From: Eledone cirrhosa
Taxonomy: Eukaryota
Reading direction: 5' to 3'
Length of the DNA: 64,000 nucleotides
Assembly (NCBI GenBank): GCA_964016885.1
Contig: OZ024763.1
Location: 17,236,001-17,300,000 of the forward strand
In this document: positions 1-11,311 of the stretch, piece by piece
Layout: each line of letters begins with the position of its first letter
Numbering within the stretch: the stretch's first letter is position 1
Program-made: the position numbers and the translations under genes
The notes under the pieces: generated by a model
The model's database searches: none
Seen by the model: the letters and a program-made list of their open reading frames with translations, nothing else
What the model was told of the DNA's origin: nothing

Positions 1-326
1 TTTTGTTGGCACTGGATTACAGGACATTGGTGGAGTTTGGGTGCACCCGAGGCCTTTTGTTGGCGCTGGATTACAGGACATTGGTGGAGTTTGGGTGTGC
101 CCGAGGCCTTTTGTTGGCACTGGATTACAGGACATTGGTGGAGTTTGGGTGTGCCCGAGCCCTTTTATTGGCGCTGGATTACTGGACATTGGTGGAGTTT
201 GGGTGTGCCCGAGGCCTTTTGTTGGCACTGGATTACAGGACATTGGTGGAGTTTGGGTGTGCATGAGGCCTTTTGTTGGCACTGGATTACAGGACATTGG
301 TGGAGTTTGGGTGTGCATGAGGCCTT
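1..326. repeat. 54-bp minisatellite, about 6 copies (runs off window start)
   Basis: ttttgttggcactggattacaggacattggtggagtttgggtgtgcccgaggcc recurs at 1, 55, 109... Confidence 0.95.
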
Positions 327-572
327 TTATTAATCAAAGGGCCAGGTGGAAAAGGAGAGAGAAAGAGAGAAAAAAAAGGGGAGAAAAAAGGAGAGAGAAA
401 AGGAAAGAGAGGGAAAGGAGGAAGAACAGGGGGGTGGGGAAAGGATGAGGAGAGAGGAAGAAAGGGGGAAGGGAAAAGGAATAGGAGAAAAAAAGTGTAC
501 AGGTCCCACGGTGGGAAGACACAGATGAAAGAAACATGCAAAAAAGTAACTGTGCAAAAATAGGGAAAGTAA

Positions 573-610
<38 letters not shown>

Positions 611-635
611 ATATATATATGTGTATATATATATA

Positions 636-1075
636 TATATTAATAAGAGGAATTCCAACTTTGTCTGATTTACTCGTTTTATTTACAATCCTTTAAAATA
701 TATATAATACGGTATTATAATGAAATAGTATGATAGAATATTAAATTCTAAGTGTTAATTGAACAAGTACTTTCATGCTTTCGAAATCTTCAGGTTCATG
801 ATATGTGGTGACAGTCGAGTTTGCAAATTCAACTGTTGAAAATTGCAAACTCGACTGTCACCACATATCATGAACCTGAAGATTTCGAAAGCATGAAAGT
901 ACTTGTTCAATTAACACTTAGAATTTAATATTCTATCATACTATTTCATTATAATACCATATTATATATATTTTAAAGGATTGTAAATAAAACGAGTAAA
1001 TCAGACAAAGTTGGAATTCCTCTTATTAATATAATCTTCTATACACAATCATACACACCCGTGTATATTTACCTA
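636..1075 (+). mobile_element. Penelope-like fold-back insertion, family A (about 195-bp inverted arms plus about 40-bp tail)
   Basis: 636-830 is a near-perfect reverse complement of 840-1033; unpaired tail to about 1075; flanked by (TA)n; contains a hammerhead; direct arm plus tail recur at 25595-25822. Confidence 0.8.
871..909 (+). ncRNA. Minimal type I hammerhead ribozyme, family A (mirror copy 760-798 on -)
   Basis: tgaac-CTGAAGA-tttcgaaagcat-GAAA-gtac-T-T-gttca; helix I tgaac/gttca; helix III palindrome AGTACT; helix II weakened in this copy. Confidence 0.75.
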
Positions 1076-1109
<34 letters not shown>

Positions 1110-1304
1110 CTCACAGACACACAATCACATGTTCACATACATACATGCATACTGACATACAGATACTCACACACACATGCATACATATACATATAAACAC
1201 ACACATACACCACACAAAAACACCCTCACAAACACACTCACATGTAGACATAAACTCACATAGACGTATGTGTGTATATATATATATATTATATATATAT
1301 ATAT

Positions 1305-1394
1305 GAGAGAGAGGTTGTCCCCAAAAAATGTATACACACTTCAACAGCATTCTAATAAAAGTGTGTATATATTTTTTGGGACAACCTCTCTCTC
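1305..1394. mobile_element. About 80-bp Tc1/mariner-type palindromic MITE
   Basis: gaggttgtccccaaaaaatgtatacacactt...aagtgtgtatatattttttgggacaacctc; related copies at 28376 and 36947. Confidence 0.65.
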
Positions 1395-1542
1395 ATATAT
1401 ATATATATATATATACACACACATATATAGACACGCGCATACAAACACACACACACACATATATCCACACACACATATATACACACGCACACATACATAT
1501 ATATAGAGACACACACACACAGTCACATACAAGCATTCACAA

Positions 1543-1575
<33 letters not shown>

Positions 1576-1640
1576 TATTCCCATACACACACGCACACGC
1601 AGACATATCATCAGCATCACCATACGTCTGCTCTTCCCTG

Positions 1641-1682
<42 letters not shown>

Positions 1683-1743
1683 TACATATATATATACATA
1701 GACACACACACACACACATATCCATAAACACATATATATATAT

Positions 1744-1792
<49 letters not shown>

Positions 1793-2070
1793 GACACACA
1801 CTCACACAAACACATATATCCATACACGCACACATATACACACACACACACACACATACACACACACATATATATATATATATATACATAGACACACACA
1901 CACGCACACACAAACACATCCATCCACACACACACACATATTTACACACACACACACACACACACTCATATCCACACACACACATATTTACACACACACA
2001 CACTCATATCCACACACACACATATTTACACACACACACACATATTTACACACACACACACACATATCCA
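1394..2070. repeat. Compound (CA)n/(TA)n microsatellite field
   Basis: Directly visible; similar fields at 2370-2625, 12800-13480, 26090-26620, 27100-27720, 41710-42130, 46290-46720, 51820-52270. Confidence 0.95.
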
Positions 2071-2379
2071 TATATTAAAACTTCATCGTTGCCTTTGAAG
2101 GTAATTTCATTAACTTGATCACAATGTCTGCTGTTTCATCAGCGAGATTGTCAATTGAAAGTCTTAGTAAAAGATAATAGTAGAAGCTATTAACTAGCTT
2201 CTACTTATGTCAGAATTAATATCATTGCAGTGGGATTATAACTTATCGTATATTATCAAAGAATGGAAAGTGTATAATAACTTCTGATTATCATGTCAAC
2301 GATAGCAGCGGACTTAATAAGGGAAAAACATTTGTAAACATTACGGACATATTAAATTTGGTTTTAGTATATATATGTG

Positions 2380-2430
<51 letters not shown>

Positions 2431-2593
2431 GTGTATGCGTGTGCGTGCGTGTGTGTGTATATATGTGTGTGTGTGTGTGCGTGTGTGAGTGTGTGTGTAT
2501 ATATATATATATGTGTGTGTGTATGTGTATATATGTGTGTGTGTGTATATATATGTGTGTGTGTGTGTGTATATATATATGTGTGTGTGTGTG

Positions 2594-2626
<33 letters not shown>

Positions 2627-2686
2627 ACTAACATTACATATTTATTTAACTTGCGTGGAAAAATGGACATTAAATGGTGGTGATGA

Positions 2687-2717
<31 letters not shown>

Positions 2718-2724
<7 letters not shown>

Positions 2725-3129
2725 GTTTGAATATGTGTAATAAGGCCAAAACAATGCAGGTATGGACATAGAAAAAAGAATGCAATAGTTAAAGATATTG
2801 ATGAGAATTCGTCTTTCACCTTGAATTTATTTAAATGTCCTTAATTTTCGAGATAATATCTCTTCTTTTCGAGATAAAATCTCTAGCCAAGATCTGGCTA
2901 GAGATTTAAAGACGCTGGTTTGAGACCTTTACTTCCCTCCGAAGAAGAGATATTATCTCGAAAATTAAGGACATTTAAATAAATTCAAGGTGAAAGACGA
3001 ATTCTCATCAATATCTTTAACTATTGCATTCTTTTTTCTATGTCCATACCTGCATTGTTTTGGCCTTATTACACATATTCAAACGTTTATACCTCATTAC
3101 ACAATGCTTCAAGTGAACTATAACCTCCT

Positions 3130-3132
<3 letters not shown>
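2718..3132 (+). mobile_element. Penelope-like fold-back insertion, family B
   Basis: 2718-2866 is the reverse complement of 2941-3091; tail 3092-3132; (TA)n on both sides; hammerhead present. Confidence 0.8.
2936..2970 (+). ncRNA. Minimal hammerhead, family B (CCGAAGA core variant)
   Basis: cct-CCGAAGA-a-gagatattatctc-GAAA-at-T-A-agg; helix III palindrome AATT; followed by aataaa. Confidence 0.65.
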
Positions 3133-3181
<49 letters not shown>

Positions 3182-3240
3182 CTTAAATTTTGCATACATA
3201 TAATAATGTATATATGTGTATATATATATATATATATATA

Positions 3241-3450
3241 GGTGTGTGAATTTTTTCTCACGAGTCAGTTCTTTCGTAGCTACGGACCCCGGCGGCCAAA
3301 TTTACCGGTCCCTGTCCTCATTTTGCAAAGCCCTTTAAACTGTATGTTATTACTCTGAGGTGCTATACCTTGTTGAGTGCTTGGCTGCACTGCTGAACGC
3401 ATTCGTTGGCTTGGCTGAGGCTCTGGCTTCGAATGTGCTCTACTTCCATT

Positions 3451-3452
<2 letters not shown>
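3241..3452 (+). mobile_element. Probable PLE 3' tail fragment
   Basis: Between (TA)n tracts; carries TGTTGAGTGCT at 3371-3381; similar to the reverse complement of 7821-7915. Confidence 0.4.
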
Positions 3453-3480
<28 letters not shown>

Positions 3481-3484
<4 letters not shown>

Positions 3485-3729
3485 TATTTTATAGAAGGAG
3501 CTTCTACAGGACTAGTACTGTTTCATTCAGATGAAATCTTCAGGAAGCTCCTGAATCTTCAGGAAGCTCCTGAGCTTCAGGAAGCTCAGGAGCTTCCTGA
3601 AGATTTCATCTGAATGAAACAGTACTAGTCCTGTAGAAGCTCCTTCTATAAAATAAAAAAATTTTACTCTGCCATGTATTGAGTACCTTACTTACTGTGG
3701 TTATCCCTGACTCAACCCGGGACCTACGT
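3481..3729 (+). mobile_element. Penelope-like fold-back insertion, family C
   Basis: 3481-3553 mirrors 3587-3659 around a rearranged centre; tail 3660-3729 with TATTGAGTAC; (TA)n on both sides. Confidence 0.8.
3588..3644 (+). ncRNA. Type I hammerhead ribozyme, family C (mirror copy 3496-3552 on -)
   Basis: aggagcttc-CTGAAGA-tttcatctgaat-GAAA-cag[tactagtc]ctg-T-A-gaagctcct; 9-bp helix I, 4-bp helix III. Confidence 0.8.
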
Positions 3730-3750
3730 ATATATATATATATATATATA

Positions 3751-4034
3751 CACGATATTAAACAAATGGAAACTATATTTATAAAACCATATTTATTTCA
3801 TTATATATATTTCAGGGATACCATATTAAAAATATGGCATGCCTTCGTCAGATAAAATACAATATATAAACAGTTTTATAAATAATTTTGATGTACCATA
3901 ATATAAGCGACCATTAAATTAGGAGGCTGCCTTGGTAGTATATCTACTCCAAAAATTATAAAATTATAAAATATAAAATTATAAAATTATAAAATATTTA
4001 CTTGTTGTAACCCAACAATTTTAAATAGAACTTT

Positions 4035-4038
<4 letters not shown>
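3751..4038 (+). mobile_element. PLE insertion, D group: inverted pLTR plus tail
   Basis: Hammerhead on -, tail on +; homologous layout at 47643-47910; TA-flanked. Confidence 0.65.
3796..3857 (-). ncRNA. Minimal hammerhead, D group
   Basis: rc: ttttat-CTGACGA-aggcatgccatatttttaatatggtatccct-GAAA-tatata-T-A-atgaaa; palindrome ATATATAT. Confidence 0.8.
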
Positions 4039-4077
<39 letters not shown>

Positions 4078-4080
<3 letters not shown>

Positions 4081-4270
4081 GGAGGTGAGTTTTATTGTAG
4101 TACAATAAAGCAATGCAGATATCGGATAAGAAGCACTCTACAGTTTGTACGACTGGAGCATCATGTCCTCCTATTTTATCTGATGAAAACACAAATGTTA
4201 TTGCATGATGATATTTGTTTTTAAAATGTGCCTAATAAAATACATGGAACTCATTTAACCATCTTTTGAT

Positions 4271-4276
<6 letters not shown>
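4078..4276 (-). mobile_element. PLE family D2 copy (tail plus inverted pLTR, degenerate hammerhead 4174-4240)
   Basis: 4078-4158 is the reverse complement of tail 7681-7762; 4161-4276 matches 7555-7670; GAAA is mutated. Confidence 0.75.
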
Positions 4277-4335
<59 letters not shown>

Positions 4336-4359
4336 CAATATATATAGCATATATTGAAC

Positions 4360-4512
4360 GTAGAGTTCAAGCCGGCAGAGCTCAAGCCGTCGAAACGGCT
4401 TGAGCTCTGCGGTCGGGGTCATACTTTTTCCTATTTCCCACTCTACTACCCTAAGTATTGAGTACTCTGGTGCGTTATGGTCCATCTGGTTCCTTACCAC
4501 AATTCCTTTGTT
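4360..4512 (+). mobile_element. PLE family H copy (3' half of hammerhead plus tail)
   Basis: gccgtcGAAAcggcttgagctctgcggTCgggg...ctaagtattgagtactctggtgcgttatggtcc; 7 copies in the window. Confidence 0.7.
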
Positions 4513-4620
4513 ATATATATATATATATAAATTTAACTTTACATATATATTATACCATCTAACTCATGCTCTGTCTAACCCATGCTAGTGTGGAAGATGG
4601 ACGTTAAACGAAGATGATGA

Positions 4621-5436
4621 TAAAGGCTTTAGCTCGCATAAATATCTCGCATAACATTCACATTACTCTATATATACTATTATATTTTCATGGTAAAGGC
4701 TTTACCTCACATAATATCTCACATAACATTTACATTACTCTATATATACTATTATATTTTCATGGTAAAGGCTTTACCTCACATAATATCTCACATAACA
4801 TTTACATTACTCTATATATACTATTATATTTTCATGGTAAAGGCTTTACCTCACATAATATCTCACATAACATTTACATTACTCTATATATACTATTATA
4901 TTTTCATGGTAAAGGCTTTACCTCACATAATATCTCACATAACATTTACATTACTCTATATATACTATTATATTTTCATGGTAAAGGCTTTACCTCACAT
5001 AATATCTCACATAACATTTACATTACTCTATATATACTATTATATTTTCATGGTAAAGGCTTTACCTCACATAATATCTCACATAACATTTACATTACTC
5101 TATATATACTATTATATTTTCATGGTAAAGGCTTTACCTCACATAATATCTCGCATAACATTTACATTACTCTATATATAGTATTATATTTTCATGGTAA
5201 AGGCTTTACCTCACATAATATCTCACATAACATTTACATTACTCTATATATACTATTATATTTTCATGGTAAAGGCTTTACCTCACATAATATCTTACAC
5301 AACATTTACATTACTCTATATATACTATTATATTTTCATTGTAAAGGCTTTACCTCACATAATATCTCACATAACATTTACATTACTCTATATTTACTAT
5401 TATATTTTCATTGTAAAGGCTTTACCTCACATAATT
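4621..5436. repeat. 72-bp minisatellite, about 11 copies
   Basis: 24-aa periodicity of ORFs 4614-5498; near-identical units. Confidence 0.95.
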
Positions 5437-5701
5437 ATCTCATATTATATCGAATCTATGAGATTTTGATATTATTTATTTTGAGAACAATACCTTAACA
5501 TTAGTATGAGCAGCTGGTTATTGCCAGTTTGAACAGAAAGAGGTTAGAGAATTCTGGTCAGATATGGCTGGGTTAAATACTGAAAGGTTAATCAAACAAA
5601 ATGAATACTTTTATAATTGTTACATTAAATGGATTCGATTGGTATATCAATCTTATCAAATATCAGGAAGAGTTTATTCTCTGTCAACAGTTAGAACATT
5701 C

Positions 5702-5732
<31 letters not shown>

Positions 5733-5884
5733 TATATGTATATATATACATATATATATAGGCGAGATGACAAAAGAAGACAGTGAATGGAAAGATATCA
5801 TGGTGAGACGGATGCATCCAACCCATGCTAACATGGGAAAATGGATGTAAAAACAATGATGACAATGATGGTGATATGTATATA

Positions 5885-5932
<48 letters not shown>

Positions 5933-6069
5933 AATGTGTGTATGGGTGTGTGTCAGATGTATATATATATATAGATGTATGTAAAAAGTAAACAGAAAAA
6001 GCAAAGCAATCAGCACAGTACAATGAAGAAATATATTAGTTTAACGAAGAAGAAATATATATATATACA

Positions 6070-6950
6070 TATAGAAATTACATGAATCAAAGTTCTGTTT
6101 AAACCATTTATTCGCTTACAATTGTTTCCTCCAAACCGAGGTTTGGAGTCTTTGGAGCATTTTTTCAATGATTGTTTACATGCATGACCTCCTTTCCAAC
6201 ACAAGAGACATATATATTACATTTCCTGGATTGTGAAAATGGTGGTGTATACGAAAACCATAACATTGTTTTGCTTCTCATTTTTAATATTTCTCTGCAC
6301 ACAAGCTTCTATATCTTACATATAAAAAAATACTTTACCAATACAACCCCCATAATACTCTTGATTGCCCGCTTAAAGTGCTTGTATTACATATAACACC
6401 CTGCCGTACTATAATCTTATATAAATAAGACACACGTGCATGCCCCACGTGTAACTATTGCATACATTAACTACTTCTAACTATCCTCTTGCATTATCTT
6501 CGTAAACTGCCGATGTTGTATTTTAACTGTAATTTTGTTTTCTTTTAATATGACTTTAATTTTTGAATGTAAATTGTCATGCTAAAATATTATAATGGAT
6601 GTCACCCCACTGTGCATCGATATATACATATGTATCTGTATGTCTCTTGTGTTGGAAAGGAGGTCATGTATGTAAACAATCATTGAAAAATTGCTCCGAA
6701 GACTCCAAACCTCGGTTTGGAAGAAACAATTGTAAGCTAATAAATGGTTTAAACAGAACTTTGATTCATGTAATTTCTATATAACTGCTCTGTAGAACAA
6801 CTGATGGTGTTACATTGAGCTATTTATCTTACTGGTAATAAGGTAGTAATAAATTACTGTCTTTCACTGTTTAGGGTTTAAAATATATATAGCTATAAAA
6901 GGTTTTAGTATATACATAACCATAAATAGTATCCTTAATACTATATATAT
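6070..6950 (+). mobile_element. Penelope-like inverted-arm insertion, family E
   Basis: 6070-6210 is the reverse complement of 6641-6781 with a spacer of about 430 bp; tail follows; TA-rich flanks; right end approximate. Confidence 0.75.
6693..6737 (+). ncRNA. Minimal hammerhead, family E (CCGAAGA core variant)
   Basis: gct-CCGAAGA-c-tccaaac[ctcg]gtttgga-a-GAAA-caattg-T-A-agc then taataaa; palindrome ACAATTGT. Confidence 0.7.
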
Positions 6951-6985
6951 ATATATATATAGATATATACATATATATATATATA

Positions 6986-7318
6986 TCATGATGATCATCA
7001 TCATTTCATTTTACGTCCACTTTTCCCTGCTTGCAAGGGTGGGACGGGAACTAATTCTGGCTTGATTTCTACAGCTGGATGCCCTTCCTAACACCAACCT
7101 CATTTACAGTGAGTGCTGGGTGCTTTTTTGCCGTGGCACCTCCACGACCACTTTGCAGTGGAATGTTAGAGACCCCAGTCCCTATCATCTCATTTCTACA
7201 GCTGAGTAAACTGTAGCAATGTGAAATAAAGTGTCTTGCTCAAGGAAACAACACATCACCTGGTCTGAGAATTGAACTCACAACCTTTCGATTGCAAAAC
7301 CAATGCTCTAACCACTAA
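6986..7318 (-). mobile_element. tRNA-head SINE (family S1) with RTE-derived 3' end
   Basis: Near-identical to the reverse complement of 35559-35900; (ATG)n tail. Confidence 0.9.
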
Positions 7319-7340
7319 ATATATATATATATATATATAT

Positions 7341-7759
7341 AATATATAAGATCAAAAGATGGTTAAAGGAGTTCCATGTATTTTATTATGAGCATTTCAA
7401 AAACAAACATCATCATGCAATAATATTTGTGTTTTCATCAGATAAAACAGGAGAACATGATATGAAGGCTAAAAAACACTTGTGGATAGTGCAGTTTTAA
7501 ATCAACATATCATAAATCAACTGCACTATCCACAAGTGTTTTGTAGCCTTCATATCATGTTCTCCTGTTTTATCTGATGAAAACACAAATATTATTGCAT
7601 GATGATGTTTGTTTTTGAAATGCGCATAATAAAATACATGGAACTCCTTTAACCATCTTTTGATCTTATATATTATGTATACTCCAGTCCTACAAACTGT
7701 AGAGTGCTTCTTATCCGATATCTGCATTGCTTTATTGTACTACAATAAAACTCACCTCC

Positions 7760-7762
<3 letters not shown>
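7341..7762 (+). mobile_element. Penelope-like fold-back insertion, family D2
   Basis: 7341-7496 is the reverse complement of 7519-7673; tail 7674-7762 with TGTAGAGTGCT; (TA)n on both sides. Confidence 0.85.
7568..7634 (+). ncRNA. Minimal hammerhead, family D2 (mirror copy about 7381-7447 on -)
   Basis: ttttat-CTGATGA-long helix II-GAAA-tgcgca-T-A-ataaaa; palindrome ATGCGCAT. Confidence 0.85.
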
Positions 7763-7820
<58 letters not shown>

Positions 7821-7821
<1 letters not shown>

Positions 7822-8050
7822 AGTGGAAGCTTAGTAAAATGGAAGCTTTGGCTGTAACGAAGCTAACGACCTGCAATTAGGAATGAGCAGCAAAGCACTC
7901 AATAAGGCTGGATGCCTTGGCGTAATAACATGTTTAGACAGCTTGACAAATTGAAAATTGCGGCAGGAAAAACCCAGCCACACAATACCAAAAACAAGGA
8001 AAAAACTAATCAGGTTAGACAATATAGTCATAATTTAATCAGGTTAGACA
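7821..8050 (-). mobile_element. Probable PLE 3' tail fragment
   Basis: rc TATTGAGTGCT at 7894-7904; abuts (TA)n; related to 3241-3452. Confidence 0.4.
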
Positions 8051-8103
8051 ATATCATCATAATTTAACGGCCATTTTTTCACACTAGCATGTATCCATAT
8101 ATA

Positions 8104-8718
8104 TGGGACGAGCTGATAAATTCCGACCTCACACGCTTACACCTCTCCAAGACAATGTCACTGGACCGAGACCTTTGGCGGTACTCAGTAATAGAGAAGA
8201 CCCGCCTTACCTAAATACAAAGTAAAAACCTACTACAGTCAGTAGGCATCTCTATCAAAACACACCCCCCGTCCCACTACCCCCACCCCATCCACACCGC
8301 CCCTTTCAATGTAAAGTTATGTTGGTCCCACAACATCCATGCCGAAACAAATGAGATCGTGTAGGCGTCACGACAAAAAACACACAGTCCACGCTGTAAA
8401 TGTGGCCGTGTAGGCAACACGGTAAAAACCTCCCAGCCCCACACTGTAAATGTGGTTGGTGTTAGGAAGGGCATCCAGCTGTAGAAAACCTGCCAGACAG
8501 TCCACGCTGTAATGTGGCCGTGTAGGCAACACGGTAAAAACCTCCCAGCCCCACACTGTAAATGTGGTTGGTGTTAGGAAGGGCATCCAGCCGTGGAAAA
8601 CCCGCCAGACAGTCCTATGCGAGCAAGACAACCACTCTTGCCTCAAGTGGGAAAACCCCCGTCCAAACCCATGCAAGCGTGGAACACGGACGCTAAACCT
8701 GATGATGATGATGATGAT
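8104..8718 (+). mobile_element. RTE-clade LINE 3' fragment with long 3' UTR and (GAT)n tail
   Basis: Homologous to 11603-12112; internal duplication 8377-8610. Confidence 0.75.
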
Positions 8719-8732
8719 ATATATATATATAT

Positions 8733-8868
8733 ATAGGAAGAGTCAGGATCCCGATGGCTGAGCTCCGGTATCTTGACTCTTTTTCTATTACCCACTCTAC
8801 TACCCTCTAAGTATTGAGTACTCTAGTGCGTTATGGTCCACCTGGTATCTTACCACACCGTCTTTGTT
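8733..8868 (+). mobile_element. PLE family H copy
   Basis: Inverted arm starting ATAGGAA plus tail with TATTGAGTACT. Confidence 0.7.
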
Positions 8869-8959
8869 ATATATATGTATATATATTAGTTGCTACTACC
8901 ACCACACTACCAAGGAAGAGAGAGAGAGAGATAAACGGAAATGTGAATATATATATATA

Positions 8960-9353
8960 CGAGGGTAATCCCAAAAGTAAGGTCTCCAAAGCGATGGGGA
9001 CGCAGAGAAACTGTTCGTGCGGCTGTTGGCAACAGTGGTGTGATTGGTGCTTCCTTTACTCCCAAACAACCATGTGCGCACTTCGCTGGGATGCTCAATC
9101 TTGGCTTGGCAGCCGTTGAGAATGGAGCTCCCGTTGAACGCTACCGCCAAGTGCGAATTTCGCGCAGTTATTATATTATGAGGGTAATCCCAAAAGTAAG
9201 GTCTCCTTCCGAGGAAAACATGCGTAAAGATCGGCGGATCACTCTGGATGCTCTCTGCATTTTGGTTCCTGAGGTTTCCCGAAGCACCATCCACAGGATT
9301 TTAACGGAAAAGTTGCAATATCGGAAGGAGACCTTACTTTTGGGATTGCCCTC

Positions 9354-9354
<1 letters not shown>
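8960..9354 (+). mobile_element. Internally deleted mariner element with an extra internal TIR
   Basis: TIR cgagggtaatcccaaaagtaaggtctcc / ggagaccttacttttgggattgccctcg, TA flanks; transposase remnants MELPLNATAKCEFRAVI and MRKDRRITLDAL...SRSTIHRILTEKLQYRK. Confidence 0.85.
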
Positions 9355-9391
<37 letters not shown>

Positions 9392-9597
9392 TACGTTATC
9401 AAATATCCTCTTCTAATTAATATACACCTTAACTTCGCTATATACTTTTTCTAGTATGAAGAAGTCGTAATTTTTATCGTCTGAAACCAGAACTAAAAAT
9501 TGTTTTTAAAAAAATTGTTTTTAAAAAAATTGTTTTTCTGTTTTTCTATTATAAAATTCTTTTCGGATTTTTTATTCTTTTTTTATTTTCCTAATAT

Positions 9598-9778
9598 ATC
9601 ATCATTTTCATCATTTTATTTTACGTCCGCAGTCCCTATCCCCAGTCCCTATCATCTCATTTCTACAGCTGAGTAAACTGGAGCAATGTGAAATAAAGTG
9701 TCTTGCTCAAGGAAACAACACATCACCTGGTCTGAGAATTGCAAGGCCAATGCTCTAACCACTAAGCCATGTGCCTCC
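9598..9778 (-). mobile_element. Internally deleted S1 SINE
   Basis: Head gccatgtgcctcc, central domain and tail match S1. Confidence 0.8.
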
Positions 9779-10192
9779 TTATATATATATATGCATGTAT
9801 ATGTATGTATGCATGTATGTATATATATATATGTGTGTGTGTGTGTACACATGTATGCATATGTATCAATATGCGCGGGGACATAGAAATAATCAGGCTG
9901 GACACCCGATCGTGTGGTTAAAACACTGGGAGTGAAGGACCCCTAGCCTTTGTCTGGGCATTCTTCTAGGAGAAGGCAACTCAGGAAACTGGGATAACTC
10001 CGATATAAAACCTGTGGCTCAGTAGTTATCGATGATGTTGATCTTTTCTTCTTTTCGGGTTATAGTTAGTGTCTCTCACAGAGTGGGATTGGCTCTGTGC
10101 ACAGTCTTTCCTCACTTAAAAAAATGTTCATGCACAGGCATTGCACGATGGCATTGATTAATTATTAATATATATATATATATATATATATA

Positions 10193-10968
10193 TTTCGTTT
10201 CTGAATTTGTTTAGCAAGATTCTTTATCTGAAATCGTGTGTTGAAACCGATATTGTTATACTCTGGGAAGGTCATGTTGCCAATAAGAAACACACGCACC
10301 AGTTGCTTTCACTTCAATTTATTATATATTTATAAATTTATAAATTTACAAATCTACAAACTTATAAATTTCTGGTTGGTTTGTTGGTTCCACAACCAGA
10401 TAGTTGTTTATATATATAGTTTATATATATAAATTAAATAGAAAATATGAGTGGAATAGCAACATCACAACTTACAATTAAGGACAAAATGAAAACACAC
10501 ACACACATAGAACAAACAACTTACAATTGAAAACACACACAAAATGAAAACACACACAGGACAAAATGTAAACACACACACACATAGAACAAACAACCAA
10601 CCAACAATAAATAAATAAACAAATAGAAAAATGAACACAAACACACACAGACACCCGGATGTGGCACATGCGCAAACTGAGCACACAACACACACACAGA
10701 AACAAAATGGCGTAGGAGAGAAGAAAGAAAAGGCACAGAAACGAAGAAAGGAATCCCCAGTCACTGAAGAGGTCACAGAGTGTGTGACGAAAGGACTATG
10801 ACTATATATATAAACAACTATCTGGTTGTGGAACCAACAAACCAACCAGAAATTTATAAGTTTGTAGATTTGTAAATTTATAAATTTATAAATATATAAT
10901 AAATTGAAGTGAAAGCAACTGGTGCGTGTGTTTCTTATTGGCAACATGACCCTCCCAAAGTATAACAA
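10193..10968 (-). mobile_element. Penelope-like inverted-arm insertion, family F
   Basis: 10251-10420 is the reverse complement of 10801-10968; tail at left 10193-10250 (related sequence at 61273-61358); (TA)n on both sides. Confidence 0.75.
10759..10803 (+). ncRNA. Minimal hammerhead, family F
   Basis: agtca-CTGAAGA-g-gtcaca[gagtg]tgtgac-GAAA-ggac-T-A-tgact; helix III one change from a palindrome. Confidence 0.8.
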
Positions 10969-10989
10969 TATATATATATATATATATAT

Positions 10990-11140
10990 ATAGGAATGAG
11001 TAGGACCCCGACGGTTGAGCTCAAGCCGTTTCGACTGCTAATTCTGGACTACTCGTTCCTATTACCCACTCTACTACCCTAAGTATTGAGTACTTTGGTG
11101 CGTTATGGTCCATCTGGTTCCTTACCACATTTCCCTCGTT
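10990..11140 (+). mobile_element. PLE family H copy
   Basis: Inverted arm from ATAGGAA to ctggacta, then tail; (TA)n flanks. Confidence 0.7.
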
Positions 11141-11260
11141 ATATATATATATATATATATATATATCATCATCATCACCTTTTAACGTCATTTTTTTCCA
11201 TGTTAGCATGGATATATATATATGTCTATCAATCTATCTATCTATCTCTCTCTCTCTCTA

Positions 11261-11307
<47 letters not shown>

Positions 11308-11311
<4 letters not shown>

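Noticed and set aside
636-1033. Long palindromes as assembly or fold-back read artefacts, or as miRNA precursors
   Set aside because: Arms differ by substitutions, boundaries recur between independent copies and arms occur elsewhere with the same tail; stems are far longer than pre-miRNAs.
2090-2146. CTGATGA...GAAA on the minus strand
   Set aside because: No convincing helix I or II pairing and no palindromic helix III.
4614-5498. 294-aa repeat protein (also 54366-55766 466 aa, 39169-39702, 53156-53539)
   Set aside because: Unit lengths are multiples of 3 (72, 99, 96, 48 bp), and several units are demonstrably SINE-derived.
6211-6640. PLE GIY-YIG coding remnant in the family E spacer
   Set aside because: No recognisable motif could be read in any frame by eye; needs a tBLASTn/HMM search.
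9450-9497. Hammerhead-like atgaaga..gaaacc (also 61527-61573)
   Set aside because: Core and cleavage site are mutated; possibly decayed copies but not supportable alone.
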